In this document: piece by piece, positions 35,176 through 45,129 of the stretch
Position numbering within the stretch: position 1 is the first letter of the stretch
How the letters are laid out: the number at the start of each line of letters is the position of its first letter
IMG/VR virus record: IMGVR_UViG_3300042473_001368
Direction: 5' to 3' (one strand)
Source: a virus
DNA length: 64,000 nucleotides
Notes under the pieces: generated by a model
Database searches by the model: none
The model's input: the letters and a program-made list of their open reading frames with translations, nothing else
What the model was told of the DNA's origin: nothing
Position numbers and translations under genes: made by a program

Positions 35176-35871
35176 ATGAGAGAATTATTAGTATTTTTAC
35201 ACAGCGTCGACTTGCTAATACCTGCTATTATTGTTGCTTGTGTATCGTTTGCTGTGTTTATTCATGCATGGATTTTATGGAAGCATCTCCTCACGCCAGT
35301 AATTGATCTACCTAGAGACTTACTTAAACTACAAAAAAAAGAAAAAATGAGCGTATACTTTATTGGTGACCCACATCTTGGTCATCGAAACATTGCAAAA
35401 TATCGTCCTTGGGTTAAGGACACTGCGGACAATACTCGCATCTTTGTATCTCGTTACCTTAGAGAAATTAGGAAAAAGGACATTGTCTTTTTTATGGGCG
35501 ATGTCGCATTTGACGAAGACAGCCTAAAGGTTGTTGGTGAATTGCCTGGTCGTAAGATCTTAATTAAAGGCAACCATGACGACTATGTAAGTACAAGCTT
35601 ACAAAAAGATGTCTTTGAAGAGATTCATGGTATCATTAGCTACAAGAAAATGTGGCTGACGCATGCTCCAATACATCCAGATGAGATGCGAGGACGTGCA
35701 CTTAACGCTCATGGCCATGTGCATATGAGCAGTATCATGCGCCGTAATTGGTATGGCAAAAAGGTTCTCGATGACCGCTATGTCAACACATGCGTCGATC
35801 GCGTCGTAGCAGATAGCAGTGGTTATTACTATTTCACAACTCTCGAACAACTAAAAGAAAAAATAAAATAA
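35176..35871 (+). CDS. calcineurin-like phosphoesterase (domain from Met 35347) with an in-frame TM extension
   Basis: GDPHLGH, GDV, GNHD, THAP, HGHVH. Confidence 0.82.
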   Translation: MRELLVFLHSVDLLIPAIIVACVSFAVFIHAWILWKHLLTPVIDLPRDLLKLQKKEKMSVYFIGDPHLGHRNIAKYRPWVKDTADNTRIFVSRYLREIRKKDIVFFMGDVAFDEDSLKVVGELPGRKILIKGNHDDYVSTSLQKDVFEEIHGIISYKKMWLTHAPIHPDEMRGRALNAHGHVHMSSIMRRNWYGKKVLDDRYVNTCVDRVVADSSGYYYFTTLEQLKEKIK

Positions 35872-36167
35872 TGTATAATATACACACCGGTCAACTTAAT
35901 GAAAAAGTCCAATGCGAAAGAGCTCCAGGCATTAGTGATTCAATCGAGCGGCTCTATAAAGAATGCAACGTCTTACAAGAACAGCTAGCGGTATTTCGTG
36001 ACCGATTAGGACCTTATTTGAAGAAGTCTACTGAAGGGATACCTATCCCCTCTTTAGATATTCCTAAAGGAGCAAGCGAACGTACGCAGGCTCTCTTCGA
36101 TATTGCTGCAAGAATTCGTGAAATGCAATTCTTTATTGATTGCCTTAACCATGACATTGACCTATGA
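35871..36167 (+). CDS. hypothetical protein
   Basis: 98 aa, coupled. Confidence 0.55.
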   Translation: MYNIHTGQLNEKVQCERAPGISDSIERLYKECNVLQEQLAVFRDRLGPYLKKSTEGIPIPSLDIPKGASERTQALFDIAARIREMQFFIDCLNHDIDL

Positions 36168-36502
36168 TTGACTTTCACCAGCATCTAACTCAAATAGCGC
36201 AGCACAGTAAATTAAAAACGAGCTGGAAGATTCGTTATCGTGGTGACTATTTGCGCATGAGTTCTGGCAAGGAAAGTTGGAACGCAAAGGGCTATGCAAA
36301 GGCTGCACTCATTCTTGAGTTTGAAAAGCTGTTGCATGCTCATAGTCGTGGAGCTAATAGTCTTGATGAATATACTAACCTGTTATGGAGCCAAGCGTGG
36401 CCAATCACATGCAGTGTATCAATCGAAGCTCGTTTAAAAGTAGCGAAAGAAGAGTTGCTAAAACTCGTTGAGTTTGTTGAACTAAAAGAAAAAGAAGTTT
36501 AA
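36164..36502 (+). CDS. hypothetical protein
   Basis: 112 aa, ATGA overlap. Confidence 0.55.
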   Translation: MIDFHQHLTQIAQHSKLKTSWKIRYRGDYLRMSSGKESWNAKGYAKAALILEFEKLLHAHSRGANSLDEYTNLLWSQAWPITCSVSIEARLKVAKEELLKLVEFVELKEKEV

Positions 36503-36511
36503 TGATCGAAT

Positions 36512-36691
36512 ATGAATATTGAAGATGACATAATTGATAATATCTGTGATGTTATATGTGATCGTATATGGACTGAGCTCTGGCAACTGACAACCGAGCA
36601 TATACAATTTGGCGTTACAGCTCACGCATCTGCTATATTAACAGCAGACTTTGCAATTGAACAAATTTCAAATAAATTAAAAGAACTATGA
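36512..36691 (+). CDS. MNIE-family small protein (isolated member)
   Basis: Starts ATGAATATTGAA (MNIEDDIIDNICDV...), 59 aa. Confidence 0.5.
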   Translation: MNIEDDIIDNICDVICDRIWTELWQLTTEHIQFGVTAHASAILTADFAIEQISNKLKEL

Positions 36692-37467
36692 AAGTACGAT
36701 TACTAACAAAAACTGAGGGCGCCAAGGGCACAGAATATGAAGGAAAAACTATTGATGAAATTATTGTTGGCATTGCCAGATGCAGCAGCAGTCGCGAGGC
36801 AAATGAGCTTTTCTCTGAGCCTCATAAGTTACTACGTCACTGCCTGAATCATAGCCACTGGAGTGTATTCGGTGAAGCCAATCTTGGCTTTGAAATTACA
36901 ACGAGTCGCGCTATTGGTCGAGAGCTGTTGCGTCACTGGAGTCTAGCTCCGCAGGAATTGAGTCAGCGTTATAAGAGCATCAGCGACTTTGAGCCAATTG
37001 AACTGCGCATGCAAAGCGCAGACAATCGTCAAAGCTCAACAGTGGTATTTGATCCGAGTCTCGATCCATATGATATGTTTGGACCAGTTCCAGCTAGCGG
37101 AGAAATAAATGCTCATCTTGATAGTATCAAAGTGCTCTATAATAAATTGCTAGAGGCTGGTGTTGCGCGTGAGTGTGCTCGCATGATCTTGCCTGAGACA
37201 ACTGAAACAGTGCTCATCTTTAATGGCAAGATTCGCGATTGGATTACAACTCTCAATCAACGCTTGCACAAAACAGCGCAAAAAGAATGTCGTTTAGTTG
37301 CTGAGGAGATTCGTGATATCTTTATTGCTGAGTGTCCAGTGATTAGCAAGATGCTCTACAACTTTGAGGATGCCTATAATTGTCATATCCTAGAGCGAGT
37401 GCTCCTGGAGAAGTATGGAGTCTATGGCATGGTCAAGGAGAATGGCTTCAAGAAACTTAAGAGTTGA
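36688..37467 (+). CDS. thyX: flavin-dependent thymidylate synthase
   Basis: HWSVF, I.TSRAI.RELLRH.S...QELSQRY, RECARMILP, QKE.R..A. Confidence 0.92.
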   Translation: MKVRLLTKTEGAKGTEYEGKTIDEIIVGIARCSSSREANELFSEPHKLLRHCLNHSHWSVFGEANLGFEITTSRAIGRELLRHWSLAPQELSQRYKSISDFEPIELRMQSADNRQSSTVVFDPSLDPYDMFGPVPASGEINAHLDSIKVLYNKLLEAGVARECARMILPETTETVLIFNGKIRDWITTLNQRLHKTAQKECRLVAEEIRDIFIAECPVISKMLYNFEDAYNCHILERVLLEKYGVYGMVKENGFKKLKS

Positions 37468-37497
37468 TCTCATAACGAACTCCGTTATAATTTGTGT

Positions 37498-37623
37498 ATG
37501 AGCCAGTACACAGCACGTGACTTAATCGCTCTTGGGTTTGATCCAAATGATCCACAATTCAAGAGCGATCTCGAAGTCGCCAAGAAAGCAAACTGCGCAA
37601 AATATGGTACTATTTCCTTGTGA
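37498..37623 (+). CDS. short paralogue of 38076-38408
   Basis: MSQYTARDLIALGFDPNDPQFKSDLEVAKKANC; ATG 6 nt after TATAAT. Confidence 0.5.
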   Translation: MSQYTARDLIALGFDPNDPQFKSDLEVAKKANCAKYGTISL

Positions 37624-37832
37624 GCAACCTCCAACAAAACGATGCCTATCAGCCAGTTAATTATGCCTATCTCTCTGGGGCCCTTCAAGGCGGCATGCAA
37701 ATGATCGCACGCGAACTTGTAATGGCTGGACTGCTGCAACACGATGATCTTGCAAAAGCAGAAGAAATTGTTGCTGCTATGATAACTCGCTGTGAAGCTA
37801 GTGAACGTGAATATTCAAAAACCAAAAACTAA
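37620..37832 (+). CDS. hypothetical protein, paralogue of 63658-63867
   Basis: Shared NY.YL.G.L and E.SER.Y. Confidence 0.65.
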   Translation: MSNLQQNDAYQPVNYAYLSGALQGGMQMIARELVMAGLLQHDDLAKAEEIVAAMITRCEASEREYSKTKN

Positions 37833-37837
37833 AACTT

Positions 37838-38071
37838 ATGAAAATTATATTTGAGAAAGAAGAAAATCAAGAAAAGCAATTGACACTTGCTGATGTCGAT
37901 CACAATCAATTCTTTGTGTGTGGGGATGGTTATCTGTGTCAAAAGATCACCGATTCCCGTTACACTACCATTGCTAAAAGCAACGGACAACTTTACAGCG
38001 ATATTTTTTCGTGTGATGCTCATTATCGAATCAAGCGCATTCTTCCTAAGATCGCGAAGATTGAATTTTGA
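37838..38071 (+). CDS. hypothetical protein, paralogue of 55181-55414
   Basis: Shared MKI.FEKE, NQFFVCGDG.LCQK, I.P.IAKIEF. Confidence 0.7.
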   Translation: MKIIFEKEENQEKQLTLADVDHNQFFVCGDGYLCQKITDSRYTTIAKSNGQLYSDIFSCDAHYRIKRILPKIAKIEF

Positions 38072-38075
38072 GACT

Positions 38076-38408
38076 ATGAACATCTATTCAGCAAGCGACT
38101 TGATCGCTCTTGGTTTTGATCCAAGTGATCCACACTTCAAGAGCGATCTCGAAGTCGCAAAGAAAGCAAACTGCAGTCGCAAAGAACTTGTTGATGTTAT
38201 CTTTGCAGCACGTCGAGAAGCAATAAAGACCTTTCATAGTGAGCCTCGCACCTACTCTTTCGATGAAGCAGTTGCTTATCTTAGAGGCTGGCTTTGGAGC
38301 GAGTCAAATCTAGAAGCGCTAACTCACAACGAAGTTTGTGCAATGTTCAAGAATGCTGCAGCGTGTGTTGAATGCGCGAATGATGGAATAGGAAATCGAC
38401 CAACTTAA
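38076..38408 (+). CDS. hypothetical protein
   Basis: MNIYSASDLIALGFDPSDPHFKSDLEVAKKANC. Confidence 0.6.
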   Translation: MNIYSASDLIALGFDPSDPHFKSDLEVAKKANCSRKELVDVIFAARREAIKTFHSEPRTYSFDEAVAYLRGWLWSESNLEALTHNEVCAMFKNAAACVECANDGIGNRPT

Positions 38409-38410
38409 TT

Positions 38411-38578
38411 ATGGCAAGCTCAGGAAAAGGTAAAGGCAGCGTAAAGACTGTTGAATGGTGGAAACATCTTCGTGATCGCAAACGCGCTCAAAATCGTTTG
38501 GTGCGAGAAGATGGCAAAGAACAGATTGAAACAGAATTAGAGGAAGCTGAAGAGGAGGGTGAAGATGAAGAATATTAA
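38411..38578 (+). CDS. small basic/acidic bipartite protein
   Basis: MASSGKGKG..EWWKHLR...EEEGEDEEY. Confidence 0.55.
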   Translation: MASSGKGKGSVKTVEWWKHLRDRKRAQNRLVREDGKEQIETELEEAEEEGEDEEY

Positions 38579-39175
38579 ACACGAAGCGTATAATTTTATA
38601 AGTGTTGCGGTATGGGACGCAGCAGCACATAGTGTAGAGCATGCTGTTGATAATTATGTAAGCGGACTTGCGTGGGGTAGTGCGTGGGACAGCATAAGCA
38701 ATACTATATGGGCTATTGATGATAGTTCAAGAGATACTGTTAACAATACGATAGGCGCCTATGAATATTGAAACTGAAATAAGTTACAATGTGTACTATT
38801 CAGTGCTGTTCTTGGTGCATAGCCCTGTGAGTGGCGCTGTGAATTGTTCTGTGGGTGTTTCTGTGTATAATACTGTGAGGGATGATGTGTGGAATTCAGT
38901 TAGTGATTCAGTTAGCAATGCAATAAAGGAATATGAATATTGAAACTATAACACATGCATCTTTTACAGAAGAAATTACTGAATTATGGGATGATGTTTG
39001 GAATTCAGTAATTTTTAGGACAAATTATAATTTGAATCGCGATGTTGCACTTAATATACGCAATCGTGTAAGTGAATTTGAAATAAGCCTTAGAGACGCT
39101 GGTCAATCTGAAGCTGGCGCATATAGTGGTGCGATGCACCGCACTAGACTAATAACAACAACCATTTTACAATAA
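38565..39175 (+). repeat. MNIE..YEY cassette cluster 1: ORFs 38565-38771, 38761-38943, 38933-39175
   Basis: ORFs joined by ATGAATATTGA stop/start overlaps; SVxx/AVxx tetrad pattern. Confidence 0.75.
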
Positions 39176-39199
39176 CGAACTACAATATAATAAAAACAT

Positions 39200-39586
39200 A
39201 TGGGACTTGACATGTACTTAACTTCGCGCTCAGAAAATGAGCGCGCTAAAGCAAATGATTATGCCGATTGGGCAGTGCTCGCCTATTGGCGCAAATTCAA
39301 TGCACTACACGCTTGGTTTGTGCGCAATGTGCAAGACGACGTAGATAACTGCGGCGATTATGTTGTGACACAATCTAAACTAAGTGAGCTTATAGGCGTT
39401 CTCAAGACGCTGCAGCAGACTCGCGATACAAGCTTGCTGCCAACACAAAGCGGCTTCTTTTTTGGAGATACTAATTACGACCAATGGTATTGGAGCAAGG
39501 TTGCCTCTGCTATTGATACACTATCTAAAATCTTAACAACCTTTGACTTTGAAAACGATGAACTTCTTTATACTTCAAGCTGGTAA
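39200..39586 (+). CDS. conserved phage protein (MGLDMYL family)
   Basis: MGLDMYL, YWRK.N.LH.WF, LPT.SGFFFG..YD.WY. Confidence 0.75.
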   Translation: MGLDMYLTSRSENERAKANDYADWAVLAYWRKFNALHAWFVRNVQDDVDNCGDYVVTQSKLSELIGVLKTLQQTRDTSLLPTQSGFFFGDTNYDQWYWSKVASAIDTLSKILTTFDFENDELLYTSSW

Positions 39587-39593
39587 CCCTCCT

Positions 39594-39800
39594 ATGGACA
39601 ATAAGATCGCTGCGATAATTTTTCTATGCAGTGCTGTATTGGTTGTAACACACATACTTTCCTATGCAGCTGGTGCTAATGCTGAGAGTCCAGGCGGTGG
39701 TGATGCACCAATAATGCTGCCATTCGTATTGGTTATGGTTGCTACAATCGCATCAACATTATTCTCTCTTATTATTATCTTAACAAACATCTTATCTTAA
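39594..39800 (+). CDS. small membrane protein
   Basis: Two hydrophobic helices. Confidence 0.55.
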   Translation: MDNKIAAIIFLCSAVLVVTHILSYAAGANAESPGGGDAPIMLPFVLVMVATIASTLFSLIIILTNILS

Positions 39801-39833
39801 AATAACTAAAAGGAACTACTGTATAATATAATT

Positions 39834-40385
39834 ATGACAAGAGAACTTGCAATTGAAATTGCGACTGCTGCACACGCTGGGCAAAAGCGTAAAAACAGCG
39901 GAGAAGATTATATCGCGCATCCTTTAAAGGTTGCTGAGAACGCAGAACGAATTTTTCGAGAAGAATATGCTGGTGATTTCTTCCCTGATGAAGTAGAAGT
40001 TATTGCAAGAAAAATCTATATTGTCGGTGTGCTGCACGATGTAATTGAAGATACTGAGGTCAATTTGGAAGCAATATCCAATGTCTTTCCCGATATTCAT
40101 ATTCTTCAAGCATTGGCTAAGCTTACTCGACATGAAGGTCAAACCTATTTTGATTTCATCAAAGAAGTTATCGACAATGGCAGCATAATTGCTAAGATTG
40201 TAAAGATTGCCGATATTCGGCACAATATGAGCGACTTGAAGGAAGGCTCTTTGAAAGATAAATATCGCTTTGCTTTGGATAAGCTAACTGATACTTCAAA
40301 AGAACGCAAAGACCTATTGCAGCGAATACAAGCATTAGAAGACGAAATTGATGATATGCATTATCAATCGCAAATGAATTTATAA
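39834..40385 (+). CDS. HD-domain (p)ppGpp hydrolase-like (SpoT/Mesh1 type)
   Basis: AH.GQ.RK.SG..YI.HP..VA, LHDVIEDT, VK.AD..HN. Confidence 0.82.
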   Translation: MTRELAIEIATAAHAGQKRKNSGEDYIAHPLKVAENAERIFREEYAGDFFPDEVEVIARKIYIVGVLHDVIEDTEVNLEAISNVFPDIHILQALAKLTRHEGQTYFDFIKEVIDNGSIIAKIVKIADIRHNMSDLKEGSLKDKYRFALDKLTDTSKERKDLLQRIQALEDEIDDMHYQSQMNL

Positions 40386-40396
40386 AAGAAACTACT

Positions 40397-40933
40397 ATGA
40401 AAATATTTTGGGACATTGACGAGACACTGATTCATTCTCGTGTTTACATTGACAGTAAACATAAGCACACATTCGTCGTTGACGTTTATGACGAACTCTA
40501 CTACACATGCGTGCGACCCTGCTCCAATGACTTGATTAACTATAGTCGAGAATTGGTTGGTGCAGATAATGTTTACATCTTAACTGCAGCGGCTGAGTTA
40601 TATGCGCAGCGTATTAGTAAGAAAGCTGATTGGGGCTTTGCCGAGGATCATATCATTGGTCGGGAAACTATTGAACGCTATAGCATTAATATCCCAAGTT
40701 TGTATGGCAGCAGCACGTATGTATCAGAGCATCCATTAGCTCATCCTGATAATGTCTTGATTGACAACTTGATGCCAGAGTGGAACAATGAAAAGACATC
40801 GTTGATGCGCATTAATCCTAAGACAAACTATTGCAAAGTTGATGATTATATAGGCTATAATTTGGAAGAAGACATCTTTAGAGATAATATTAAACACTTT
40901 TTGAAAACGAGATATGAGAACAAAACAATTTGA
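40397..40933 (+). CDS. HAD/NIF-family phosphatase
   Basis: DIDETLIH motif I, VRP, LTAA...YA, VLIDN. Confidence 0.75.
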   Translation: MKIFWDIDETLIHSRVYIDSKHKHTFVVDVYDELYYTCVRPCSNDLINYSRELVGADNVYILTAAAELYAQRISKKADWGFAEDHIIGRETIERYSINIPSLYGSSTYVSEHPLAHPDNVLIDNLMPEWNNEKTSLMRINPKTNYCKVDDYIGYNLEEDIFRDNIKHFLKTRYENKTI

Positions 40934-41210
40934 ATTGAGTAACGGTGACTTAGCTAATGGCGAGTCAATTGAAGAGATGATTAAAACTCTTGAGAGCCTT
41001 AACAAACGAGCAAAGGAGCTAGGAGCAATTGATACATCTGTCGATTTTTATCGAGGAGACTATGGCTATGTTGAAATTTCAGCAACCCGATACATGACAC
41101 CTGAAGAGGTAGCAAAAGCTGAAGCAGACGATGCAGTCAGAAACCAAAGACAGCTTGACTTTGAGCGTAGACAATACGAAGCTCTTAGAGCAAAATTCGA
41201 AAAGCAATAA
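40914..41210 (+). CDS. hypothetical protein
   Basis: 98 aa with YE.L..KFE C-terminus. Confidence 0.6.
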   Translation: MRTKQFELSNGDLANGESIEEMIKTLESLNKRAKELGAIDTSVDFYRGDYGYVEISATRYMTPEEVAKAEADDAVRNQRQLDFERRQYEALRAKFEKQ

Positions 41211-41444
41211 CGAACTCTAATATAATTAAGGACAGCAAATATGAAACTACTACAAAAAATTAAAAACGTATTCACTCGCCGTCAATCAGTTTATGGTGCT
41301 AAGATCTTTACGCAACGTTCTTGGCTCGATCGTCAAGTAGACGACGCAATCTATAAGCGCGAGATGATGCGCGGCGTTGGACCAGCTATCAAATAACAAA
41401 ACAGTTAATTGAAAACAAAACGAACTACATTATAATTAAAACAT

Positions 41445-42419
41445 ATGAAAGAGAAAATTACTCATATCACTGACGAACAAAAAGCAAAAATGCCACAGTA
41501 TGTGGATAGGTGGATCAAGACCGGTACTAATACTGATCGACTCGATCCAGTCCGTACCGCGAAGACAATTGAGAACTACCGTAAGCTTATTGGTAAGCCT
41601 GTTGATGTTCCTTTGATTATCCTCGATAACCCTCTTGAAGCGTGGGCGGCTTGCCATCTCCTTAGTAACTTCGGAGTGAGCTTTGAGAACCTTAATGCAG
41701 AGCTTGCAGAGGTTTTCAATGGTAACCCTAAAGGCTATGAGATTCCTCGTGCTCGACTGCCATGGCAATGCGGTTCGTTCTTTGTATCGACCTTCTCCTT
41801 CTATGACTATATGTTTGAAGAGCTGGGCGTTGAGATCGACGCAGAGCTTTACGCGAAGTATAAAGTCTGGGAATCGACTTCTGAGCTTGGCTGTATCTAT
41901 CCTTTGGATGAGTATACTATTGTCTCTCAGAAACCAACTGAGATTCATTTGAACGAAGCTCGTGTGCTGCATCGCGATGGTGGACCTGCTATTTCTTATG
42001 CTGGTATGGGTAACCTTAAGATCTATTGCTTGAATGGTGTTACTGTTCCAGAATATATCGCGGTGACTCCTGAAGAGAAACTCGATCTTGAATACTACAA
42101 GACTATCGAGAACGCTGACGTCAAAGCTGAGTTTGTTCGCAAAGCTGGCATTGAACGCTTCAAAGAACTTGGCAAATTGGTCGATGACTATACCAAGTAT
42201 GCTGGAGCCGAATATGAACTCTGGCAGAAGAGTCAATATGAAATCTGGGATATGAGCGCGATCTTCGATGGTCTCGACTATGCTCCTTATTTGATGATGA
42301 CAAATCTCACTACAGGTATTTATCATTTCGAGGGAGTTAGTCCAGCTTGTCGTACTCTTAAAGATGCAATCAAGGAACGCTTAGGCGGACGTGATCTTAT
42401 CATTAAAGCTATTGCGTAA
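41445..42419 (+). CDS. DUF6745-like protein
   Basis: KP.EIH....LH..GGPA..Y..G...Y..NGV.VP, NA.V.AE....GIER, TG..HFEGV.P.C.T...A. Confidence 0.65.
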   Translation: MKEKITHITDEQKAKMPQYVDRWIKTGTNTDRLDPVRTAKTIENYRKLIGKPVDVPLIILDNPLEAWAACHLLSNFGVSFENLNAELAEVFNGNPKGYEIPRARLPWQCGSFFVSTFSFYDYMFEELGVEIDAELYAKYKVWESTSELGCIYPLDEYTIVSQKPTEIHLNEARVLHRDGGPAISYAGMGNLKIYCLNGVTVPEYIAVTPEEKLDLEYYKTIENADVKAEFVRKAGIERFKELGKLVDDYTKYAGAEYELWQKSQYEIWDMSAIFDGLDYAPYLMMTNLTTGIYHFEGVSPACRTLKDAIKERLGGRDLIIKAIA

Positions 42420-43560
42420 GCTTTAGCTTTGATTCGAGAATAGCTTCGATATTGTCGAAATCATAGTATGGAATTCTAACGAGTTCGATATTATGGTCTC
42501 GACAATATCTGTTTTTGCGTTGGTCGCGTTCTTGCGTTTCTTCGAAGGCTTTTTCTCCACCAAAAAACTTGATAGGTTCGAAGTGTTGCTTACCGTCGAA
42601 TTCTATCATTAAGTTAAGAGAAGGTACAAAGAAATCAAAATAGTATCTATAGCTATCATCCTTAATATATTTTTGAATTTTGTATTCACAGTTTAAAGAG
42701 TTGAGATACTTTGAAATCCTCGTCTCGCCTTGAGAGTTGCAGCACGCGACACAACCACTACCTCTCAAATGCCCACCAGGCTTTTGTTGAAACTCGCCAT
42801 GAACAGGGCAGATAATATTGACGGGTGTAATACTGTTAATGTAATATACGTTTTCGTAATTGTAGAAATTATCATGAATTACGCTCGACCGCGCCACAAA
42901 ACTCTTTTGTAGTTTCTTGTTATTATTTGCTCGTACTCGTTCAATGTTGCACTCTTCGCAACCACCAAACCCTCTCGATAATATAGTAGCCTTTGTCTCA
43001 AAGTACTTGTTGTGCTCAAGACACTTTACCCGTACGGTAGATACACTGTTAGCGTACCCTGATTCGGAAAGATCAAACTTATTATCTCCCCAGACGCTCT
43101 TAATAATATTCTCCCATTCTACTTTCCGCTTCGCGTGATTAGATTCAGAATAATTTTTATTTGGTTTGCATTTTTTGCAACCTCTTCCTAATGTATAGTG
43201 CGCAGAGTATGGCATCTTAAATAACCCATGGTCAGGGCAGATTATATCAACAGGCGTATTAGCATTCTTATACACAACTTTCGAATAATCGTATCTATCG
43301 CCATGCTTGTCTCTAAACTTTCCTAAAACATAATCATGGCTATGAGTTATTGGCGCACTATTTTTAATCTTACCGCATGCCTGACAACCAAACCCTCTTA
43401 AATGAGCGCCTGCTCGTTGTTTAAATTCGCCATGCAAAGAACACACAGCTGTTATTATTGTATCGCTATTAACATAGTTGATGTTAACGTATTCATACAC
43501 GCCTTTATGTACTTTTGTTGCTTTTTCGATAAAGCTCTCGTTTGTATGTCTTACAGGCAT
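42409..43560 (-). mobile_element. homing endonuclease-like ORF: CxxHG zinc-ribbon repeats plus a DUF559/PD-(D/E)XK-like nuclease
   Basis: Repeated YDYSKV.Y....IICP.HG.F.....H..G.GC; C-terminal FDFF.....MIEFDG.QHF..D..K..YC....L.RI.Y. Confidence 0.78.
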
Positions 43561-43693
43561 ATAAATTATTTAGTCTACGCACCGTACTTTTCTACGATTA
43601 ACCGTAGATATCGTAACGAACTACTATATAATTAACTCGTAAGCATATGATGTGCTTGCATAATTTAACTCCTAGCCTATAATAAATACGAAT

Positions 43694-44038
43694 ATGAAAT
43701 TAAATCAAAATGAATGTGTGCTTCACGGTGAAGCAATGATTATGCCTGCTTCTCTTCCAGCTGATGCTGTAGAGATCAAGCCATCAAACGATAATTACCA
43801 CATTATCGCAGACAGTGAAACTACTGGCAACCACCATGTCATCGACACGGTTCCTGGTACTCGCTTCTTCAAGAGCGGTAGTCGTACCTTTATGACTAAC
43901 GAGAAAGAGACTCGTGTTCGCTGCGTGCATCCAGCTCGTCACAATGCGATTGCGTTGAGCCCTGGTACATATGAAGTTGGCGAGAATCAACTTGAGTATG
44001 ACCACTTCGCTCAGAACCTACGTAAGGTTCGCGACTAA
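43694..44038 (+). CDS. conserved partner of DUF6745-like proteins
   Basis: HGE..I, IA..ETTG.HH, H..I.L.PG.Y, EYD.F....R.V.D. Confidence 0.65.
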   Translation: MKLNQNECVLHGEAMIMPASLPADAVEIKPSNDNYHIIADSETTGNHHVIDTVPGTRFFKSGSRTFMTNEKETRVRCVHPARHNAIALSPGTYEVGENQLEYDHFAQNLRKVRD

Positions 44039-44061
44039 TATATTTGTAGTGTGTGTAGTAA

Positions 44062-44098
44062 ATAGGGGAGAGTCTTTCGGCTCTTCCCTTATTTTTTT
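44062..44098 (+). terminator. intrinsic terminator
   Basis: ggggagag-tctttcgg-ctcttccc followed by a T run. Confidence 0.75.
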
Positions 44099-44113
44099 GT
44101 AGAGAGCATAAAT

Positions 44114-45127
44114 ATGCTTATGCGTAGAAACGATTTCAAACAGTTAACAAGCCTCTATGAGAGCGTATATGTTGTTAGCGAAGCAAACTTAGCAGATGAC
44201 AAAACTCTTATGGCAGCTCTTGACGAGGCTTTAGGTGAAAAAGGTATTACTGGAAACTCTCCTATCGAAAAATGGTTTAAGACACAGTACCTTAAATGGT
44301 TCAAATCTCCTGAGGGCGATGATAAGAAAAATGTATCACAGCACCAATATGCTGAAGGCGAGCCAGAGTGGATGTCGAGAGAAGGTATTGTAGATTTCGG
44401 TGGCTTCTCGCAGAGTGAGAAGCAGAAACTTTCTCATATGATCGACTACTTCCTCGCGCTTGATGATAGAGAGATCGCAACGATTTACAAAGAACCATAC
44501 GGCGTCATCGTTAATAAGGTTGCTGAGTGGGATCGTAGATTAGCTAAGAAGATGGAGAAATCAGAAATCTCTCCGCTTGTCGAAGGCACTGACTTTAAAG
44601 TTATTCGTAAGACCCAAGACGAAACAGGAGCACCGATGAAGTGGGTTAAGCTTCTAACACCTGCAGCATTTAAGTTTGAAGGTAATTCAATGGGACACTG
44701 TGTAGGTGGTTATAACCCATCTAAGAAAGGTCTCGATATCATCTCTCTATATGATGAAGATAACTTGCCGCATGTTACTATCGAGATTCAAAACAAAGAA
44801 ATAAGACAGATTAAAGGTAAGCAAAACGCTGCCCCTACATCTACATATCAGCCGCCTTGCTACGAGTTTGTTAAATATCTTGTTGACAGAGATGGATACA
44901 AGGTTACTGGTGACGGTGATAACATTGGTATGGCGCATTTTGAAAGTGAGTATTACTTCCGCGATACACAAGAATGGCAAGATATCTTTACTAATAAGAT
45001 CGTGCCTATGCAACAGAGAGCGTTTGATGAAATCAAGAAGCGCATTAAAGTTATTGCTACAGAAGGCTATGAGTATGCTTCAAGCTATATGTATAACCTT
45101 CTCAAAGAAAAGCGCTCAATCTGGTAA
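44114..45127 (+). CDS. PcfJ-like domain protein
   Basis: EG..MGHCVGGY, I.SL.D....PHVTIEI, QIKGK.N; CATAAATA late promoter. Confidence 0.7.
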   Translation: MLMRRNDFKQLTSLYESVYVVSEANLADDKTLMAALDEALGEKGITGNSPIEKWFKTQYLKWFKSPEGDDKKNVSQHQYAEGEPEWMSREGIVDFGGFSQSEKQKLSHMIDYFLALDDREIATIYKEPYGVIVNKVAEWDRRLAKKMEKSEISPLVEGTDFKVIRKTQDETGAPMKWVKLLTPAAFKFEGNSMGHCVGGYNPSKKGLDIISLYDEDNLPHVTIEIQNKEIRQIKGKQNAAPTSTYQPPCYEFVKYLVDRDGYKVTGDGDNIGMAHFESEYYFRDTQEWQDIFTNKIVPMQQRAFDEIKKRIKVIATEGYEYASSYMYNLLKEKRSIW

Positions 45128-45129
45128 AC

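Noticed and set aside
41436-42326. 296-aa minus-strand ORF (also 29650-30261 and 57163-57768)
   Set aside because: These are antisense shadows of well-supported plus-strand genes.
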